Assembly: GCA_965243135.1 (NCBI GenBank)
Contig: OZ251539.1
Location: 5,792,001 to 5,856,000 of the forward strand
Reading direction: 5' to 3'
DNA length: 64,000 nt
DNA from: Alphaproteobacteria bacterium
GTDB lineage: Bacteria; Pseudomonadota; Alphaproteobacteria; MPNO01; UBA830
Under the pieces are notes generated by a model. That model worked only from the letters and a program-made list of their open reading frames with translations. It made no database searches and had not been told where the DNA came from. Below are positions 48,400 to 58,774 of this stretch, one piece after another. The position numbers and the translations under genes were made by a program. Each line of letters begins with the position of its first letter. The first letter of the stretch is position 1.

Positions 48400-48850
48400 C
48401 GTCGCGTAAGGGCGGTTCCTGCTCAAGCGGTCTTGGATCAGTTCGACCAAGCGCGGCGGGAATGCACCGGTCCGGCTAAGTTGTCGGCTTGGTTTCCAAC
48501 GCTTGGCCAATATGGGCCCGGCCTCTTGGCGCGATCGGCGCTCGACATGTCGAGAGAATTGGTAAGGACATGGTTAGCGGCCTATATGTTCAAGGACAAG
48601 AGTGATCGTTCTCGAAGAGCAAAAAAGGTATCGAATTGGTTATCTGGTCATGGCAATTTCAAGAGCCGTTCCGGACGCATTCCAAGAACTGAATTTGAAA
48701 AGCATGGATTGGCGGTATTTCGACTTGAGAGCGACGAACAATTTCAAGATTTATCGGTGTTTCATGCGACAATGCATACTTTTACCGACACGCGTGCCGT
48801 AAAGATCGTCGAAAACCATACTGGTCGCGCTTTCAGCATGCCGTTCATTC
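48400..48850 (+). pseudogene. C-terminal fragment of SDH family ClpP-fold serine protease
   Basis: VPAQAVLDQF...QYGPGLL...WL..YMF...FKS...FQDLSVFHA...KIVENH.GRAF. The catalytic N-half is missing. Confidence 0.6.
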
Positions 48851-48992
48851 CGTTCCGGCCGTTCAACTCGGAATCGCTCAGGTATCTCCAGACGCGCCTG
48901 ACCAAGCGTAGAGTTCCGGTTTGCCGCCGCCGCCGGGGTCATGGGCGGAGCCCCGCAGCCACGCTTGGCGACTGGACGATCCGGTGCGCGTT

Positions 48993-49577
48993 TCAGAACC
49001 GCCTCATCTCCCGGCGCACCTTGTCGATGAACCTGGTCACGGACGGCGCCTGCCGTTTCTGCAACCCGTAGAGCCCCAAGTACGAAATTCTCGCCCCGGG
49101 GGCGACGAACCAGCTCATGTAGCGCGTCATCATCCGCCGCGACGGGTCTCCGAACCACAGGAAATCCGCGCGCCGCCGCCCGTAGGTCACGACCGAGGCG
49201 ACGCGTCCGATATGTTCCAGATTGGGGCCGAGAGCGCCGTCGTCCTTCATGCGGAACGCGATGCCCGGCGCCATCACGCGATCGAAAAACCCCTTGAGAA
49301 TGGCGGGAGGGCCGAGGCACCACGTGGGAAAGCAGAAAACCAGCCCCCTGGCGGCCTCGATGCGCTCGGCGTAGTCCCGGAAACGCGCCCGGTTGGCCTC
49401 GACGTCGAAATAACCCTGCCGTTCCTCGGCCGTCAGCACCGGATCGAAGCCGTCCGCGTAAAGGTCGAGGTCGTCGGCCTCGTGGCCCGCTTCCCGAAGG
49501 GCTTCGAGAATCGTTCCGTGCAGCGTTCCGTTGAGGCTGTCGGCAAGAGGATGGGCGCGGACGACGAGAACCCGCAT
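48993..49577 (-). CDS. NAD(P)H-dependent oxidoreductase (flavodoxin-like fold)
   Basis: AHP...S, DLYA.GFDPVL and FPTW....PAILKGFFDRV. Confidence 0.88.
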   Translation of the reverse strand: MRVLVVRAHPLADSLNGTLHGTILEALREAGHEADDLDLYADGFDPVLTAEERQGYFDVEANRARFRDYAERIEAARGLVFCFPTWCLGPPAILKGFFDRVMAPGIAFRMKDDGALGPNLEHIGRVASVVTYGRRRADFLWFGDPSRRMMTRYMSWFVAPGARISYLGLYGLQKRQAPSVTRFIDKVRREMRRF

Positions 49578-49626
49578 CAGTCCGCTCCGCGACGGGCGGG
49601 CGCAGGTCTTTTCCGGCGATCCCGGG

Positions 49627-50874
49627 TCATGCTGCGCGAACCGGATAGCGGACGAAGCCGCGGAACCGCGCCCGCGGATGGCGCAGGGCCTCGCCCGCCT
49701 TCTCGATGCGCGCGAAACGCCGGACGAAGGCGCCGAGCGCGATCCGCGCCTCCATGCGGCCCAGCGACATTCCCGCGCAGGCGTGTATGCCCGATCCGAA
49801 GGCGAGATGCCTGTTGGGCTTCCGCGAAACGTCCAGCCGGTCGGGATCGGGGAAGATTTCGGGGTCGCGGTTGGCCGCGCCGATGCTCATCCATACGTAG
49901 GATTCCTTTTTGATCGTCACGCCGTTCACCTCGGCGTCCGCCGTCAGCTTCCGGTTGCCGAGCTGGACCGGACTTTCGAAACGCAGGATTTCCTCGACGG
50001 CCGTGCCGATCAGATCCGGCTCGTCGCGCAACCTCGCAAGCTGGTCGGGAAACCGCAGCAACGCGTCGACGCCGTTCGTTATCGTGTTGGCGGTGGTTTC
50101 GTGCCCGGCGTTGAGCAGGAAGATGCAATTGTGCAGGAGTTCGAGTTCCGTCAGCGTTTCGCCGTCCTCGTCGGGACCGACGAGCTTGGACAGCACTTCG
50201 CCCGCGTCGCCGGGAGCGCGCTCGCGCTCGGCGATCAGCCAGCGCAGGTAGTCCTTGAATTCGTCCACCGCCCGGCTGCCGGCGTCGCGGCCTTCCTCCC
50301 CGAGATCCGCTTCCAGTCCGCTGAGAATGGCGACCGCCCACGGGGACAGGCGGCGGCGGTCGGCGCTCGGCACGCCGAGCATGTCGCCGATCAGTTCGAT
50401 CGGGAGCTTCATCGCGAAGTCGTGCAGCAGGTCGAATTCGCCGGCGAGTTCGTCGAGAGACGACGCGACGACCGCGCGAACCCGCGGTTCCAGCGCCCGC
50501 AGCGCCCGCGGGGTGAAGGCGGGAGACAGGCGCTTGCGGACGCGGGTATGCCGCGGCGGATCGTTGAAGACGAGGCTCGTCGTGTGATGCTCGTACAGGG
50601 GCGTCTCGCCCATCGTGCGGCGGAACTCGACCGTCTTGTCGGAAGAGAACAGGATCGGATCGTGGTAGATCGCGTCGAGATCGGCGTGCCGCGTCAGGAA
50701 CAGCGAGCCGTCCGGCAGCCTCTTCACGGGCGCGCGGCGGCGGAGCGCGTGAAAGACGGGATATGGATCCTCGTAGAAGCTGCGGTCGAGCCTTCCGAGA
50801 TCGAACGCCTCGACCGCGGCGGCTCCCGCATCGACGATGCCGCCGTACAGCGCCTCTTTCCGGATGGCCGCCAT
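49627..50874 (-). CDS. Cytochrome P450
   Basis: AGHETT, EEILR, ANRDP and heme motif FGSGIHACAG. Confidence 0.95.
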   Translation of the reverse strand: MAAIRKEALYGGIVDAGAAAVEAFDLGRLDRSFYEDPYPVFHALRRRAPVKRLPDGSLFLTRHADLDAIYHDPILFSSDKTVEFRRTMGETPLYEHHTTSLVFNDPPRHTRVRKRLSPAFTPRALRALEPRVRAVVASSLDELAGEFDLLHDFAMKLPIELIGDMLGVPSADRRRLSPWAVAILSGLEADLGEEGRDAGSRAVDEFKDYLRWLIAERERAPGDAGEVLSKLVGPDEDGETLTELELLHNCIFLLNAGHETTANTITNGVDALLRFPDQLARLRDEPDLIGTAVEEILRFESPVQLGNRKLTADAEVNGVTIKKESYVWMSIGAANRDPEIFPDPDRLDVSRKPNRHLAFGSGIHACAGMSLGRMEARIALGAFVRRFARIEKAGEALRHPRARFRGFVRYPVRAA

Positions 50875-50953
50875 GACGGGTGCAGTCTAGCCGACGGAGA
50901 CGCCGACGGCAAAGAAGGCGCGCGCCGGCCGCTCCTCGGCGGGCGCACGCTCC

Positions 50954-51508
50954 TCAATCCTGTTCGAGCTCGCTGTCCCAGTAAAGGAAGTCGCGCCAGC
51001 TCTCGTGCAGGTAATTCGGAGGAAACGACCGGCCGTTGCGCTGGAGCAGATGGTTGGTGGGCTCCCGCGGCGGCGGCGACGGGATCATTCCGCATTCCTG
51101 CGGCAGCTTGTCGCCCTTGCGGAGATTGCAGTCCGAGCAGGCGGCGGCGACGTTGTTCCAGACGGTCTGGCCGCCGCGCGATCTGGGGACGACGTGATCG
51201 AAAGTCAGATCGGACGTCGGCGGCGAGTCGCCGCAATAGAGGCATCTGAACCTGTCGCGCAGGAAGACGTTGAAGCGCGTGAACGCCGGACGCCGGGACA
51301 GATGCACGTACTGCTTCAGCGCGATGACGCTGGGCAGGCGCATCGAGAAGGAGGGCGACCTGATCTCGCGCTCGTACTCGGAGACGATATTCACCCGATC
51401 GAGGAATACCGCCTTGACGGCGTCCTGCCAGCACCACAGCGACAGCGGAAAATAGCTCAGCGGCCGGAAATCGGCGTTGAGAACCAAAGCTGGACAATCG
51501 TTCGACAT
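50954..51508 (-). CDS. HNH endonuclease
   Basis: LVLNAD..PL, RD.F.C.YCG, TFDHVVPRSRGG..W.N...AC..CN..K. Confidence 0.92.
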   Translation of the reverse strand: MSNDCPALVLNADFRPLSYFPLSLWCWQDAVKAVFLDRVNIVSEYEREIRSPSFSMRLPSVIALKQYVHLSRRPAFTRFNVFLRDRFRCLYCGDSPPTSDLTFDHVVPRSRGGQTVWNNVAAACSDCNLRKGDKLPQECGMIPSPPPREPTNHLLQRNGRSFPPNYLHESWRDFLYWDSELEQD

Positions 51509-51591
51509 CGTTCGGCTACCCGGATCGTGCAACCGCAAGATAGCTCCCAGAGAACATCGGAGCAACCTTCGCGGCGGCGGCCCGGCGGCCG

Positions 51592-52248
51592 TCAGCTGCC
51601 GATCGCGCGCCGGACGAATTCCAGTCCGATTTCGATCCCCCGTTCGTCGATGCCGTGGCCGAGCCCGGGGCGGACATGGGTCTCGACGTCGACGCCGCAG
51701 TCGCGAAGCGCCGCCGCGGCGGCCTCCATCTCGGAGACCGCGAGGAGCTCGTCGGAATCGCCGTGCACCAGGACCACGGGCGGCCGCGACGCGATCTCCG
51801 CGCGCAGCAGATCGGGCGCTTCCATGCGCCCGGAATACCCCACGATGCCGGCGACCGCGGATCGGCGGCGCGGCGCGACGAACAGCGACATCATGGTGCC
51901 CTGCGAGAAGCCGATCAGCACGAGATCCCGCTCCGCGAGGCCGCGCCGCTCGAGCTGGGCCGTGATGAAGCCGTCGAGCATCCCGGCGGCGGCGCGGATC
52001 GCGGCGAGCCGCGCCTCCCTGTCCTGCATCCAGACGTCGTACCACTGGTAGCCGAACGGCGAGCCGCCGCAGCGGAAGGGCGCGTTGGGCGCGATGAAGG
52101 CCGCGTCCGGCGCGGCCTCGGCGAAATAGCGTCCGAGCGATATCAGGTCGTTGCCGTCCGCGCCGTAGCCATGGAGGAAGACGATCAGCCGGCGCGCGGG
52201 AGCGCCGGATGCGGGTTGTATTTCGGGGCCGGAGAGGATTTCGGTCAT
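51592..52248 (-). CDS. Phospholipase/carboxylesterase
   Basis: LHGYGADG, GFSQG, HGDSD and GHGI. Confidence 0.9.
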   Translation of the reverse strand: MTEILSGPEIQPASGAPARRLIVFLHGYGADGNDLISLGRYFAEAAPDAAFIAPNAPFRCGGSPFGYQWYDVWMQDREARLAAIRAAAGMLDGFITAQLERRGLAERDLVLIGFSQGTMMSLFVAPRRRSAVAGIVGYSGRMEAPDLLRAEIASRPPVVLVHGDSDELLAVSEMEAAAAALRDCGVDVETHVRPGLGHGIDERGIEIGLEFVRRAIGS

Positions 52249-52284
52249 GGTCTCGGGGATCGGCGCCGCGCCGGTTTCCGCCCG

Positions 52285-52950
52285 TCAGGCGGGCGGCGTC
52301 TTGGCGATCTTTCGGCGGACGGTGTTGAGGTAGTGGTGCCAAAGAATGCGGGCGGCGACGCTGCGCCACGGACGCCATTGCTGGCCGATTCCGGTCAGGG
52401 TGTCCGCGTCGGGCCGAAGGGCGAGCCCTTTCACCTCGCGCGCGGCCGCCTGGAGCGCGACGTCGTCCGCCGGCCATACGTCCGGCCGCATCAGGCACGT
52501 CAGCAGATAGACGTCGGCCGTCCACGGACCGATGCCCTTCACGCGGGTGAGGCGGTCCCGGACCCCGTCGTCGTCCAGCCGCGCCAGTTGCCCGGTGCGG
52601 AGCGATCCGTCGGTCACGCAATCGCCGAGATGCCTGATGTAGCTCGTTTTCTGACGGCTGATGCCGGCGTCGCGGAACGTTTTGTCCGGCAGCGCGCCGA
52701 CGTTTTCCGGGGTCAGTTCGCCGACCGCGGCCGACAGGCGCTCGAAGGCCGCGCGCGCCGACGCGAGCGAAACCTGCTGCTCCAGAATGAGAAGGGCCAG
52801 CGTCGCGTATCCGCCCGGACGCCGCCGCAACGCGGGCCGCCCGAAGCGCTCGACGACGGCCCCCAATTCCGGGTCGCGCCGCGCGAGAAGCGCGACGGCC
52901 TCGTCGAAGGTCCGCTTCGTGAGCCGGCCGGTCAAATTTTCGCGTGTCAC
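52285..52950 (-). CDS. DNA-3-methyladenine glycosylase (AlkA family)
   Basis: ILEQQVS, HhH motif VKGIGPWTAD, P.DD and WRPWRS. Start approximate. Confidence 0.88.
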   Translation of the reverse strand: MTRENLTGRLTKRTFDEAVALLARRDPELGAVVERFGRPALRRRPGGYATLALLILEQQVSLASARAAFERLSAAVGELTPENVGALPDKTFRDAGISRQKTSYIRHLGDCVTDGSLRTGQLARLDDDGVRDRLTRVKGIGPWTADVYLLTCLMRPDVWPADDVALQAAAREVKGLALRPDADTLTGIGQQWRPWRSVAARILWHHYLNTVRRKIAKTPPA

Positions 52951-52978
52951 GAGAGTTCCATGCCATAAAATCGGGATC

Positions 52979-53803
52979 ATGGCAAAACGAGAGGTAACCC
53001 GGTTCGCGCCGAGTCCCACGGGCCTCCTCCACCTCGGTCACGCGTTTTCCGCGCTGACCGCCTATCGCGCCCGCGGCCCCGCCGGCAGTTTTCTGCTGAG
53101 AATCGAAGACATCGATCCCGTCCGATGCCGGGAGGAGTTCGTGGAGGCGATCTTCGAGGATCTCGCGTGGCTGGGCCTCGGCTGGGAGACGCCGGTGCGG
53201 CGCCAGTCCGGGAGCATGGCGGATTACCGCCGCGCCCTGGACCGCCTCGACCGGCGGGGCTTGACCTATCCGTGCTTCTGCACGCGCTCCGAAATCAGGA
53301 AGGAGATCGAAAATTCCGGCCGCGCGCCGCACGGCCCCGACGGCCCGGTCTACCCCGGGACGTGCCGGAACGGGCCGCCGCCGGGAAGGGCGGGCGCGCC
53401 GCGCGTCACGCGCCTCGACGCCGCGCGCGCCTCCGCCGCCGCCGGGCCGTTGCGCCGGGAGGAGGTCGGGCGCGGCATGATCGCGGCGCGGCCCGAACGT
53501 TTCGGCGACGTCGTCCTCGCCCGCAAGGACGTGCCCACGAGTTATCATCTCTCGGTCACCGTCGACGATCATCTGCAGGGCGTCACCCTGGTGACCCGCG
53601 GCGAAGACTTGATGCTGCATACCGACGTTCACCGCCTGCTGCAGGGCGTGCTGGGCTACGAACCTCCCGCCTACCGCCATCACCGGCTGTTGACCGACGC
53701 GGCCGGACGGCGCCTTTCGAAACGCGACCGGGACGTGACGATTCGAAGCCTGCGGAAGGCGGGCCACGCGCCGGACCGGGTCGTCGCGATGGCGGGGTTC
53801 TGA
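52979..53803 (+). CDS. gluQ: tRNA glutamyl-Q(34) synthetase
   Basis: RFAPSPTG.LHLGH, LRIEDID, YPCFCTR, RGEDL and RLSKR; no anticodon-binding domain. Confidence 0.9.
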   Translation: MAKREVTRFAPSPTGLLHLGHAFSALTAYRARGPAGSFLLRIEDIDPVRCREEFVEAIFEDLAWLGLGWETPVRRQSGSMADYRRALDRLDRRGLTYPCFCTRSEIRKEIENSGRAPHGPDGPVYPGTCRNGPPPGRAGAPRVTRLDAARASAAAGPLRREEVGRGMIAARPERFGDVVLARKDVPTSYHLSVTVDDHLQGVTLVTRGEDLMLHTDVHRLLQGVLGYEPPAYRHHRLLTDAAGRRLSKRDRDVTIRSLRKAGHAPDRVVAMAGF

Positions 53804-53817
53804 GACCGCCGGCCGCG

Positions 53818-54663
53818 CTATCTCCGCAGGCCGAGCACGATCTCCTCGTAGTCCGGGTGCGTCGGCTGGAGCAGGCCGCGCCGGACGAAGAAATCGATGT
53901 TGACCAGGTTGCAGTTGAACTTGAACGCGAACCCGGAGTCGACGATCTCCATCACTTCGGTCGCGGGCAGGAGCCGGAATTCGGCGATCTCGCCGTCCGC
54001 GTTCTCCGGCGCGAAGTCCGGAGGAAGCTCGAGATCCCAGCAAAGCATCATGTCCGGCCGGAGGCCCGGCGCGTCTTCCATCGCATAGGACACGGCTCCG
54101 ACCGGAACGGCGCGCCGGGCGAGCTCCTCGGGGACGCCGGCCTCCTCGGCCGCTTCCTTGATCACGTTCTCCAATAGCCCCAGCCCGACCGGCTGGCCGC
54201 CCGCGACCATGTTGTCCAGCTGGCCCGGACAGACCGGCCGGTCGTCCGCCCGGACGCCGATCCACATCATCGTCTCGCCGCCGCGCCGGGTGAACCCGTT
54301 GACGTGGACGCCGTAGGCCCGGATGCCGAAAAACGGCGCCGCGGCGCGATCGATTTCAAGGGCGTGCGGACCGCCGAGGCCTCCGCCGACCGGATAGAGC
54401 TCGTCGCGCAGGGCGGGGATCGCGCCTTCTTCCGCGAGCGTCCGGACGACTGCGGCGACCGCGTCGGCGCGGACGGCGTATCCGTCGAGTTCCGGCGCCA
54501 GCGTCACGCCGGCGGAGGCGACGCGAAAGGTCTCGGGAAATCGGGCCAGCCGCTCCGCATTGTCCCGCCGGACGTATCCGACTCGCTCGCCGGCCGCGGC
54601 GAACGGCACGAATTTCGACATGTCGCGCGCGTTGCAGCGCGCGATGTGGTCCAGAAAGCTCAT
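53818..54663 (-). CDS. NUDIX hydrolase with DUF4743
   Basis: FGIRAYGVHVNG, LDNMVAGG, KEAAEEAG and FKFNC. Confidence 0.85.
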   Translation of the reverse strand: MSFLDHIARCNARDMSKFVPFAAAGERVGYVRRDNAERLARFPETFRVASAGVTLAPELDGYAVRADAVAAVVRTLAEEGAIPALRDELYPVGGGLGGPHALEIDRAAAPFFGIRAYGVHVNGFTRRGGETMMWIGVRADDRPVCPGQLDNMVAGGQPVGLGLLENVIKEAAEEAGVPEELARRAVPVGAVSYAMEDAPGLRPDMMLCWDLELPPDFAPENADGEIAEFRLLPATEVMEIVDSGFAFKFNCNLVNIDFFVRRGLLQPTHPDYEEIVLGLRR

Positions 54664-54762
54664 CGGCGGAGCCCGGCGGCGAACCGCCGTACGCGGCGAG
54701 ACGCGGCGCGTCCCGGAAACGCGGGCGTTGCCGATCCCGCTCCGCCGGTCCATATTGACGCC

Positions 54763-54960
54763 ATGTCGGGAGTCCTTCCGGTTCTGGTCGTCGCGGCCGT
54801 GCTCGCCACTTTCGGCGCTCTGGCCTGCGGCATCGTATCCATGGTCAGGGGCGGGCGCTACAACGCCCGCAACTCGAACCGGTTCATGCGCCTGCGCGTC
54901 GCCGTGCAATTCGCGGCGATCGTCCTGATCGGCCTCGCGTTTCTGTTCTCGTCCGAATAG
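54763..54960 (+). CDS. Twin transmembrane helix small protein (HIG1-like)
   Basis: Two TM helices with SNRFMRLRV..Q. Confidence 0.8.
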   Translation: MSGVLPVLVVAAVLATFGALACGIVSMVRGGRYNARNSNRFMRLRVAVQFAAIVLIGLAFLFSSE

Positions 54961-55089
54961 GGAAGCGGACGTCCCGCGGCGCGCGTCGGCCGGCGTCTTG
55001 ACACCGCGCGGGAGCGGATTAGGTTGCGGACGGGCCGGGGCCGCCGACGGAAACGCCGGCCGTTTTTTCGTCCGGGGAAGAGGCTGCCG

Positions 55090-55839
55090 ATGAAGATCCT
55101 CGTCGCCGTCAAGCGCGTCATCGATTACAACGTCAAGATTCGCGTCAAGGCGGACGGAAGCGGCGTCGAGACCGCGAACGTCAAGATGTCCATGAATCCT
55201 TTCGACGAAATCGCCGTCGAAGAGGCCGTGCGGCTGCGCGAAGCCGGCGTCGCGACCGAGGTGGTCGCCGTATCGATGGGCGTGCGGCAATGCCAGGAAA
55301 CCATACGCACCGCTCTGGCCATGGGAGCGGACCGGGGCGTTCACGTCGCCACCGACGCGGAACTGCAGCCGCTGGCCGTCGCCAAGTTGCTGGCGCGGAT
55401 CGTCGAAAACGAGGCGCCGGACGCGATTATCCTCGGCAAGCAGGCGATCGACGACGACTCCAACCAGACCGGCCAGATGCTGGCCGGATTGCTGGGCTGG
55501 TCCCAGGGCACGTTCGCGTCGCGTCTCGAACTGGCCGACGGACGGGCGGTCGTGACGCGCGAAGTCGACGGCGGCCTGGAGACCGTGTCGCTCGCGCTTC
55601 CCGCGATCGTGACCACGGATCTGCGTCTCAACGAACCGAGATACGCCTCCCTTCCCAACATCATGAAGGCCAAGAAGAAGCCGATCGAGGAGACGACTCC
55701 CGAAGCGCTCGGCGTCGATCCGGCGCCGCGGCTGACGACGATCGAGGTCTCCGAGCCGCAGAAGCGCGAAGGCGGCACGAAGGTCGAGAGCGTGGCGGAA
55801 CTGGTCGACAAGCTGAAAAACGAGGCGGGGGTAATCTGA
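55090..55839 (+). CDS. etfB: Electron transfer flavoprotein beta subunit
   Basis: [33 protein letters not shown] and [10 protein letters not shown]. Confidence 0.96.
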   Translation: MKILVAVKRVIDYNVKIRVKADGSGVETANVKMSMNPFDEIAVEEAVRLREAGVATEVVAVSMGVRQCQETIRTALAMGADRGVHVATDAELQPLAVAKLLARIVENEAPDAIILGKQAIDDDSNQTGQMLAGLLGWSQGTFASRLELADGRAVVTREVDGGLETVSLALPAIVTTDLRLNEPRYASLPNIMKAKKKPIEETTPEALGVDPAPRLTTIEVSEPQKREGGTKVESVAELVDKLKNEAGVI

Positions 55840-56789
55840 TGCCGGTCCTGGTCGTTGCCGATCACGACAATTCGGAACTCGTTCCGATCACCTTGAACGC
55901 GGTTCGGGCGGCGTCCGAGCTCTCCGGCGACGTGCACGTGCTCGTGGCGGGAAGCGGCTCCGGAGCCGCGGCGTCCGCGGCGTCCGCGATCGACGGCGTG
56001 ACGAAGGTTCTTCACGCCGAAGACGACGCCTACGGAAACCAGCTCGCCGAGGCGATGGCGCCGCTGGTGGTCCGGCTGGCCGCGGACTACACCCACGTCC
56101 TGTTTCCGTCGAACACGACCGGCAAGAACGTCGCGCCGAGGGTCGCCGCGCTGCTCGACGTGGCGCAGGTATCCGACGTGGTCGAAATCGTTTCCGACGA
56201 CACCTTCGTGCGTCCGATTTACGCCGGCAACGCGATGGCCACGGTCCGGTCCGCGGATCCGGTCAAGGTCGTCACGGTCCGCGGCACGGCCTTCGCGGCG
56301 GCCGGCGAGGGCGGCGCCGCGCCGGTCGAAAAGATCGACGCCGCCGCCGACCCGGGCCTGTCCAGTTTCGTCGGACGCGAGTTGACCAGATCGGAGCGTC
56401 CCGAGTTGACCTCCGCGCGCGTGATCGTTTCCGGGGGGCGCGGAATGCAGTCGGGAGAGAATTTCGCGCTGATCGAGAAGGTGGCCGACCGCCTCGGCGC
56501 CGCGGTGGGGGCGTCGCGCGCGGCCGTCGACGCCGGTTTCAAGCCCAACGACTACCAGGTCGGACAGACCGGCAAGGTCGTGGCGCCCGAGCTCTACGTC
56601 GCGGTGGGCATTTCCGGCGCGATCCAGCATCTGGCCGGCATGAAGGATTCCAAGGTGATCGTCGCCATCAACAAGGACGAGGAGGCGCCGATCTTTTCCG
56701 TGTCCGATTACGGGATCGTCGGCGACCTGTTCAAGCTGCTGCCCGCGCTCGACGAGGAGCTGGAGAAGCAGGGCGTTACGCCGCGCTGA
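55839..56789 (+). CDS. etfA: Electron transfer flavoprotein alpha subunit
   Basis: [29 protein letters not shown] and [11 protein letters not shown]. Confidence 0.96.
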   Translation: MPVLVVADHDNSELVPITLNAVRAASELSGDVHVLVAGSGSGAAASAASAIDGVTKVLHAEDDAYGNQLAEAMAPLVVRLAADYTHVLFPSNTTGKNVAPRVAALLDVAQVSDVVEIVSDDTFVRPIYAGNAMATVRSADPVKVVTVRGTAFAAAGEGGAAPVEKIDAAADPGLSSFVGRELTRSERPELTSARVIVSGGRGMQSGENFALIEKVADRLGAAVGASRAAVDAGFKPNDYQVGQTGKVVAPELYVAVGISGAIQHLAGMKDSKVIVAINKDEEAPIFSVSDYGIVGDLFKLLPALDEELEKQGVTPR

Positions 56790-56851
56790 GCTTTTCCGCC
56801 GGCCGCGAAACCGTTCCCGGCGGCGCGCGGCGCGTTTTCAGGAGAGACGGA

Positions 56852-57766
56852 ATGACCGATGTGAAGGATCCCGGCGCGACGCCGGAGGCGATGAGCGTCA
56901 AGACGATCGGCGTGATCGGCGCGGGCCAGATGGGCTCGGGAATCGCCCACGTGGCGGCGACGACCGGCATAGACGTCGTCATGACCGACGTCGGGCGGGA
57001 ACAGCTCGACCGGGCTCTCGCCGGCATAGAGAAGAACATGGATCGTCAGGTGCGGCGCGAGCGCATGACGGCGGACGGCAAACGGTCGGCCCTCGAGCGG
57101 ATCCGCTGCTCGACCTCCCTGGCCGATCTTTCCGGATGCGACGTCGTCGTCGAAGCCGCGACGGAGGACGAAGGGGTGAAGCGGGCCATATACAAGGCGA
57201 TGCTGCCCAACCTGCGGAGCGACGCGATCATCGCTACGAACACCTCGTCGATTTCGATTACGCGCCTGGGCGCGACGACGGATCGCCCCGAAAAATTCAT
57301 GGGCATGCATTTCATGAATCCGGTGCCGGTCATGCAGCTCGTCGAGCTGATTCCCGGCATCGCCACGGACAAGCAAACGCACAAGGTCGTCGAAGGGCTT
57401 ACCTACCGCCTCGGCAAGACGCCGGTGATCTCCGAAGACTTTCCCGCGTTCATGGTCAACCGCATCCTGCTTCCGATGATCAACGAGGCGGTCTACACCC
57501 TGCACGAGGGGGTCGGCTCGGTCGCCGACATCGACACCGCGATGCGGCTCGGCGCCAACCACCCCATGGGGCCCCTCCAGCTGGCGGATTTCATCGGCCT
57601 CGACACCTGCCTGGCCGTGATGCACGTGCTCTACGAGGGGCTTTCCGACAGCAAGTACCGGCCCTGTCCGCTCCTGGTGAAGTACGTGGAGGCCGGATGG
57701 CTCGGACGCAAGACCGGCAAGGGTTTCTACGATTATTCCGGCGACAGCCCGGTTCCGACGCGATAG
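56852..57766 (+). CDS. hbd: 3-hydroxybutyryl-CoA dehydrogenase
   Basis: [26 protein letters not shown] and HPMGPL.LAD.IGLD. Confidence 0.93.
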   Translation: MTDVKDPGATPEAMSVKTIGVIGAGQMGSGIAHVAATTGIDVVMTDVGREQLDRALAGIEKNMDRQVRRERMTADGKRSALERIRCSTSLADLSGCDVVVEAATEDEGVKRAIYKAMLPNLRSDAIIATNTSSISITRLGATTDRPEKFMGMHFMNPVPVMQLVELIPGIATDKQTHKVVEGLTYRLGKTPVISEDFPAFMVNRILLPMINEAVYTLHEGVGSVADIDTAMRLGANHPMGPLQLADFIGLDTCLAVMHVLYEGLSDSKYRPCPLLVKYVEAGWLGRKTGKGFYDYSGDSPVPTR

Positions 57767-57788
57767 GGCTTCCCGGGACCGCCGCCCG

Positions 57789-58664
57789 GTGACCCCGCCG
57801 GTTCCGCATTATTCCGGCGTCGCGGGGATCGCGGATCTTTACGACGGCTTCGTGCTCGACGTCTGGGGCGTCCTGCACGACGGCGTGACGCTCTTCCCCG
57901 GGGTCGTGGAAGCTCTCGACCGCCTCCGGGACGCCGGCAAGCGGGTCGTCATGCTGACCAACGCGCCGCGGCGGAGCGCGGCGGTCGCCGGGACCATGAT
58001 GGCCATGGGCATGCCGGAGGCCCATTGCGCCCGCCTTCTTTCGTCCGGCGAGGCGGCCTTCGCCGATCTCGACGAGCGGCGGGGTTCGTTCTACGACGGT
58101 TTGGGGAATCGCTTCATCCATATAGGCCCGGACCGCGACCGCGGCCTGTTCGACCGCCTCGACTGGGAGGAAACGGGCAGCCTGGAAGGCGTCGACCTGA
58201 TCGTGAACACCGGACCCTGGGAGGACGGAGAGACCGTCGCGGATTACGAGTCGCTGCTTGCGGACGGGGCGTCCTCGCGGGTGCCCATGATCTGCGCCAA
58301 CCCGGATCTGGAGGTCGTGCGCGGCGGCCGCCGGATCGCGTGCGCGGGCGCTCTCGCGCAGCGGTACGAGGAGCTCGGCGGAAAGGTGCGCTATCTCGGC
58401 AAGCCCGCCGCGGAAATCTACGAATACTGTTTCCGGTCTCTGGACGGCCTCGACAAGTCCCGAATCGCGGCGATCGGCGACTCCTTCCGGACCGATCTCG
58501 TCGGCGCGCGAAACGCCGGAATCGACCCGGTTCTGGCGGTCGGGGGGATTCATGCGGCCGAGCTGACCGGACCGGGCGACGCTCCCGATCCGGAGAGGCT
58601 CGCGTCGCTCGCGGAGGAATGGGGCGTGCTGCCGACGGCGTCCATCCCTGCCTTTCGATGGTAG
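57789..58664 (+). CDS. HAD-IIA family hydrolase (TIGR01459-like)
   Basis: DVWGVLHDG, TNAPR, CANPD, GKP and IGDS..TD. Confidence 0.9.
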   Translation: MTPPVPHYSGVAGIADLYDGFVLDVWGVLHDGVTLFPGVVEALDRLRDAGKRVVMLTNAPRRSAAVAGTMMAMGMPEAHCARLLSSGEAAFADLDERRGSFYDGLGNRFIHIGPDRDRGLFDRLDWEETGSLEGVDLIVNTGPWEDGETVADYESLLADGASSRVPMICANPDLEVVRGGRRIACAGALAQRYEELGGKVRYLGKPAAEIYEYCFRSLDGLDKSRIAAIGDSFRTDLVGARNAGIDPVLAVGGIHAAELTGPGDAPDPERLASLAEEWGVLPTASIPAFRW

Positions 58665-58774
58665 GCGTCCCGAAAAAACCGCGCGCCGCGCGCCGATCCT
58701 GTTGAAAATGCGGCCGTTGCCGCGTGCCGCAGGCGGGCTGCCGGACGTCCGCGTCCAGTGAAGGCGAGGCGGTC

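Noticed and set aside
50954-54265. 1103-aa ORF ending in an HNH domain
   Set aside because: High-GC read-through overlapping four real genes; only 50954-51508 is HNH.
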